Of a stretch of DNA of 64,000 nt, positions 62,549 through 64,000 are shown in pieces (within the stretch, counting starts at the first letter, position 1; every line of letters starts with the position of its first letter). Source of the DNA: a virus. The notes under the pieces were generated by a model, which searched no databases, was not told the origin of the DNA, and saw nothing but the letters and a program-made list of their open reading frames with translations. Where the stretch lies: the IMG/VR virus record IMGVR_UViG_3300045988_142974, positions 96,001-160,000 of that record, one strand, 5' to 3'. The translations under genes were made by a program, and so were the position numbers.

Positions 62549-63109
62549 ATGAGTTCAAAAGACAATTCATATGCAAATACAGACAAAAAGACATTATTTT
62601 TATCTGATGATGTAGACAACGAATCTATTGGTAAATTAACATGGAGTATTTTACAACAGATTCGAGAAGATGATGAGAAAGATGAGAAGGAAAAAGATTA
62701 TAAACGTGAGCCAATTAAACTATACATCAACTCGTATGGTGGATCTGTTTATGATATGTGGGGATTAATTGATATTATTCTCAATAGCAAAACTCCAATC
62801 TATACATATTGTACAGGATATGCAATGAGTGCAGCTTTTAAGATTTTCTTAGCAGGTCATAAGAGATATTGCTACAAACATTCAACATTTATGTATCATC
62901 AGATGAGTTGTTGGAGAAGTGGTAAATATCAGGATTTGGTAGAAGACAGAGAAGAAATGGACTGGCTGAATAAAAAGATTGAAGAATATGTAATCGACAG
63001 AACCAATCTCACAAAAGATGATATTAAGGAAATTCGTGAAAAGAAGAAAGATTTTTATATTCATTCTGATAAAGCAGTCAAGTATGGAATTGTTGATGAA
63101 GTTTTGTAA
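62549..63109 (+). CDS. ClpP-family serine protease
   Basis: YINSYGGSV, GYAMSAAF (catalytic Ser), MYHQM (His). Confidence 0.8.
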   Translation: MSSKDNSYANTDKKTLFLSDDVDNESIGKLTWSILQQIREDDEKDEKEKDYKREPIKLYINSYGGSVYDMWGLIDIILNSKTPIYTYCTGYAMSAAFKIFLAGHKRYCYKHSTFMYHQMSCWRSGKYQDLVEDREEMDWLNKKIEEYVIDRTNLTKDDIKEIREKKKDFYIHSDKAVKYGIVDEVL

Positions 63110-63147
63110 AAGTTGAATTGACGGATTTCGAAAAGGAGATGAATTAT

Positions 63148-63354
63148 ATGACATATTGTCAGAGATGTGGTGAATATTGCCAAGACCATTATACATATTG
63201 TAAGAAATGTTATTTTGAACTTGGACAACCATTTGGGAAAGCAATAGAAAGAGCTCACAAATGTAGAAAATGTGGGTGCACTATATATGGAAGATATAAC
63301 TATTGTTTATCATGTGCTCAGAAAAAAGGTTTTATTAATAAATCAAATTATTAA
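63148..63354 (+). CDS. zinc-ribbon protein
   Basis: CQRCG...CKKC and CRKCG...CLSC. Trimmed to the ATG after AAAGGAG. Confidence 0.5.
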   Translation: MTYCQRCGEYCQDHYTYCKKCYFELGQPFGKAIERAHKCRKCGCTIYGRYNYCLSCAQKKGFINKSNY

Positions 63355-63410
63355 AATGATAAAACAAGAATCGACAGTTTCTTGTGAAAATTAAGGAGGT
63401 TGTAAAGAAT

Positions 63411-63800
63411 ATGAGTTGCCCAAGACCAGGAAAAGAATGCAATGAATTTATGTGTGGAAATTCAGTAGAAGGTGTATGCCGTGAAGGATTAAAAAATTAT
63501 AAAGTGATTACATTATGTGGTAGTACAAAATTTAAAGATGAGTTTATGAAAGTTCAAAAAGAACTTACCTTAAATGGTTATATTGTGATTTCAGTTGGGT
63601 GTTTTGGTCATTCAGGCGATGTATTTACAGATGAGCAAAAGATTATGTTAGATGATATGCACAAGAGAAAAATTGATATGGCAGATGAAATTTTCGTAAT
63701 CAATGTCAATGGATATATTGGAAGCTCAACAAAATCTGAAATTGAATATGCTGAAGCACATAATAAGAAAGTAAATTATCTTGTTAATATCAACAGATAA
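63411..63800 (+). CDS. hypothetical protein, possibly nucleoside 2-deoxyribosyltransferase-like fold
   Basis: VITLCGSTKF...ADEIFVINVNGYIGSSTKSEIEYA pattern; weak assignment. Confidence 0.35.
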   Translation: MSCPRPGKECNEFMCGNSVEGVCREGLKNYKVITLCGSTKFKDEFMKVQKELTLNGYIVISVGCFGHSGDVFTDEQKIMLDDMHKRKIDMADEIFVINVNGYIGSSTKSEIEYAEAHNKKVNYLVNINR

Positions 63801-63868
63801 ACAGATAGCAAAAATCCATTATTTCTTGTGGAGATTAGGAGGAAAATGTGTCATTAGATAAAGAACCG

Positions 63869-64000
63869 ATGAAAGTAAGCACAGCATAAGCACAGCATTA
63901 AGAATTGCAAAACAGTATTATCCACAGGATAAATTAGAACATGCACTTAGAGTCGCTACATATGTTGCTGAAAATGAAATGATTCCATCTGAATATACAA
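63869..64000 (+). pseudogene. gene interrupted by an 11-bp tandem duplication (possible HD-superfamily protein N-terminus), runs off the window
   Basis: ATG at 63869 gives MKVSTA then a TAA stop. AAGCACAGCAT occurs twice in tandem (63877-63887 and 63888-63898). Removing one copy gives a continuous MKVSTALRIAKQYYPQDKLEHALRVATYVAENEMIPSEYT... Confidence 0.45.

Noticed and set aside
300-63258. Remaining short minus-strand ORFs in the track (e.g. 300..506, 1273..1557, 7280..7591, 24119..24328, 27444..27842, 41008..41244, 44391..44696, 62882..63244)
   Set aside because: They are antisense to well-supported + strand genes or lie in structured leaders. The translations are hydrophobic, low-complexity, Ile/Phe/Leu-rich sequences, as expected from the reverse strand of AT-rich coding DNA. 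No SDs are present. Only 5355..5579 has a real domain (HTH) and its own promoter region.
100-63410. Highly recurrent (T)GGAAGAGGTGATAT / GGAGGTGAG motif in front of most genes
   Set aside because: It is explained by extended Shine-Dalgarno complementarity to the Firmicute 16S rRNA 3' end (mRNA consensus AGAAAGGAGGTGATC). It is not a separate regulatory element.
1-64000. CRISPR arrays, retron/DGR (reverse transcriptase plus repeats), rRNA genes
   Set aside because: I found no regularly spaced direct repeats, no reverse-transcriptase motif (YxDD) in any ORF, and no rRNA-like sequence while reading the intergenic regions and the ORF track.

Overview
This is an AT-rich window (by eye about one-third G+C; not computed). 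It is almost entirely co-directional: the only convincing minus-strand gene is 5355..5579. Genes are tightly packed, many with overlapping stop/start codons, and most have strong GAGGTGAT-type Shine-Dalgarno (SD) sites. It reads as the non-structural part of a large tailed phage or prophage of a low-GC Firmicute; no virion or lysis genes are visible.

Layout:
(1) 1-4.0 kb: about 16 tiny ORFs, many with CxxC zinc ribbons, plus a 110-nt tRNA-like element (988-1097).
(2) 4.0-10.9 kb, accessory/lysogeny-like island: tyrosine integrase, a divergent XRE repressor facing a MazF/PemK-like toxin, a structured 300-nt non-coding region, a sigma-70-family factor and a DUF262/ParB-like protein.
(3) 11.1-19.1 kb, visibly more GC-rich module: Ca2+-type P-type ATPase, three TerD paralogs, a PspA/IM30-like protein, a 687-aa unknown protein and two small membrane peptides.
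(4) 19.3-23.0 kb: Tpt1/KptA, RlaP-type nucleotidyltransferase, CCA-adding enzyme and Sir2.
(5) 24.3-32.5 kb: five orphan DNA methyltransferases, each behind an unusual structured leader, plus a TIGR02452 macro/PARG-like protein.
(6) 34.3-46.0 kb: a kinase-phosphatase-ligase (Pnkp-like) RNA repair enzyme, a PP-loop/PAPS-reductase-like protein, a radical-SAM / HAD / RlmN-Cfr-like operon, a GIY-YIG endonuclease and a Thg1-like tRNA 5'-end repair enzyme.
(7) 49.3-62.0 kb, replication module: SSB-like protein, AAA_24 ATPase, DnaB-like helicase, primase, Cas4-like nuclease, Pol III alpha and a RecD-like helicase. A ClpP-like protease follows.

The two strongest candidates for an uncharacterised system are the dispersed NAD-linked tRNA/RNA end-repair toolkit (anchored by the Tpt1-RlaP-CCA-Sir2 operon) and the phage-borne Ca2+-ATPase/TerD/PspA module. 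Several recurrent intergenic sequence families (AGAGAATA box, GATTCA-loop hairpin, TCG...TTTCTTKTG element) and the constant-spacing hairpin leaders on DNA-modification genes are also reported.

All protein calls come from motif recognition by eye. No database search was run.
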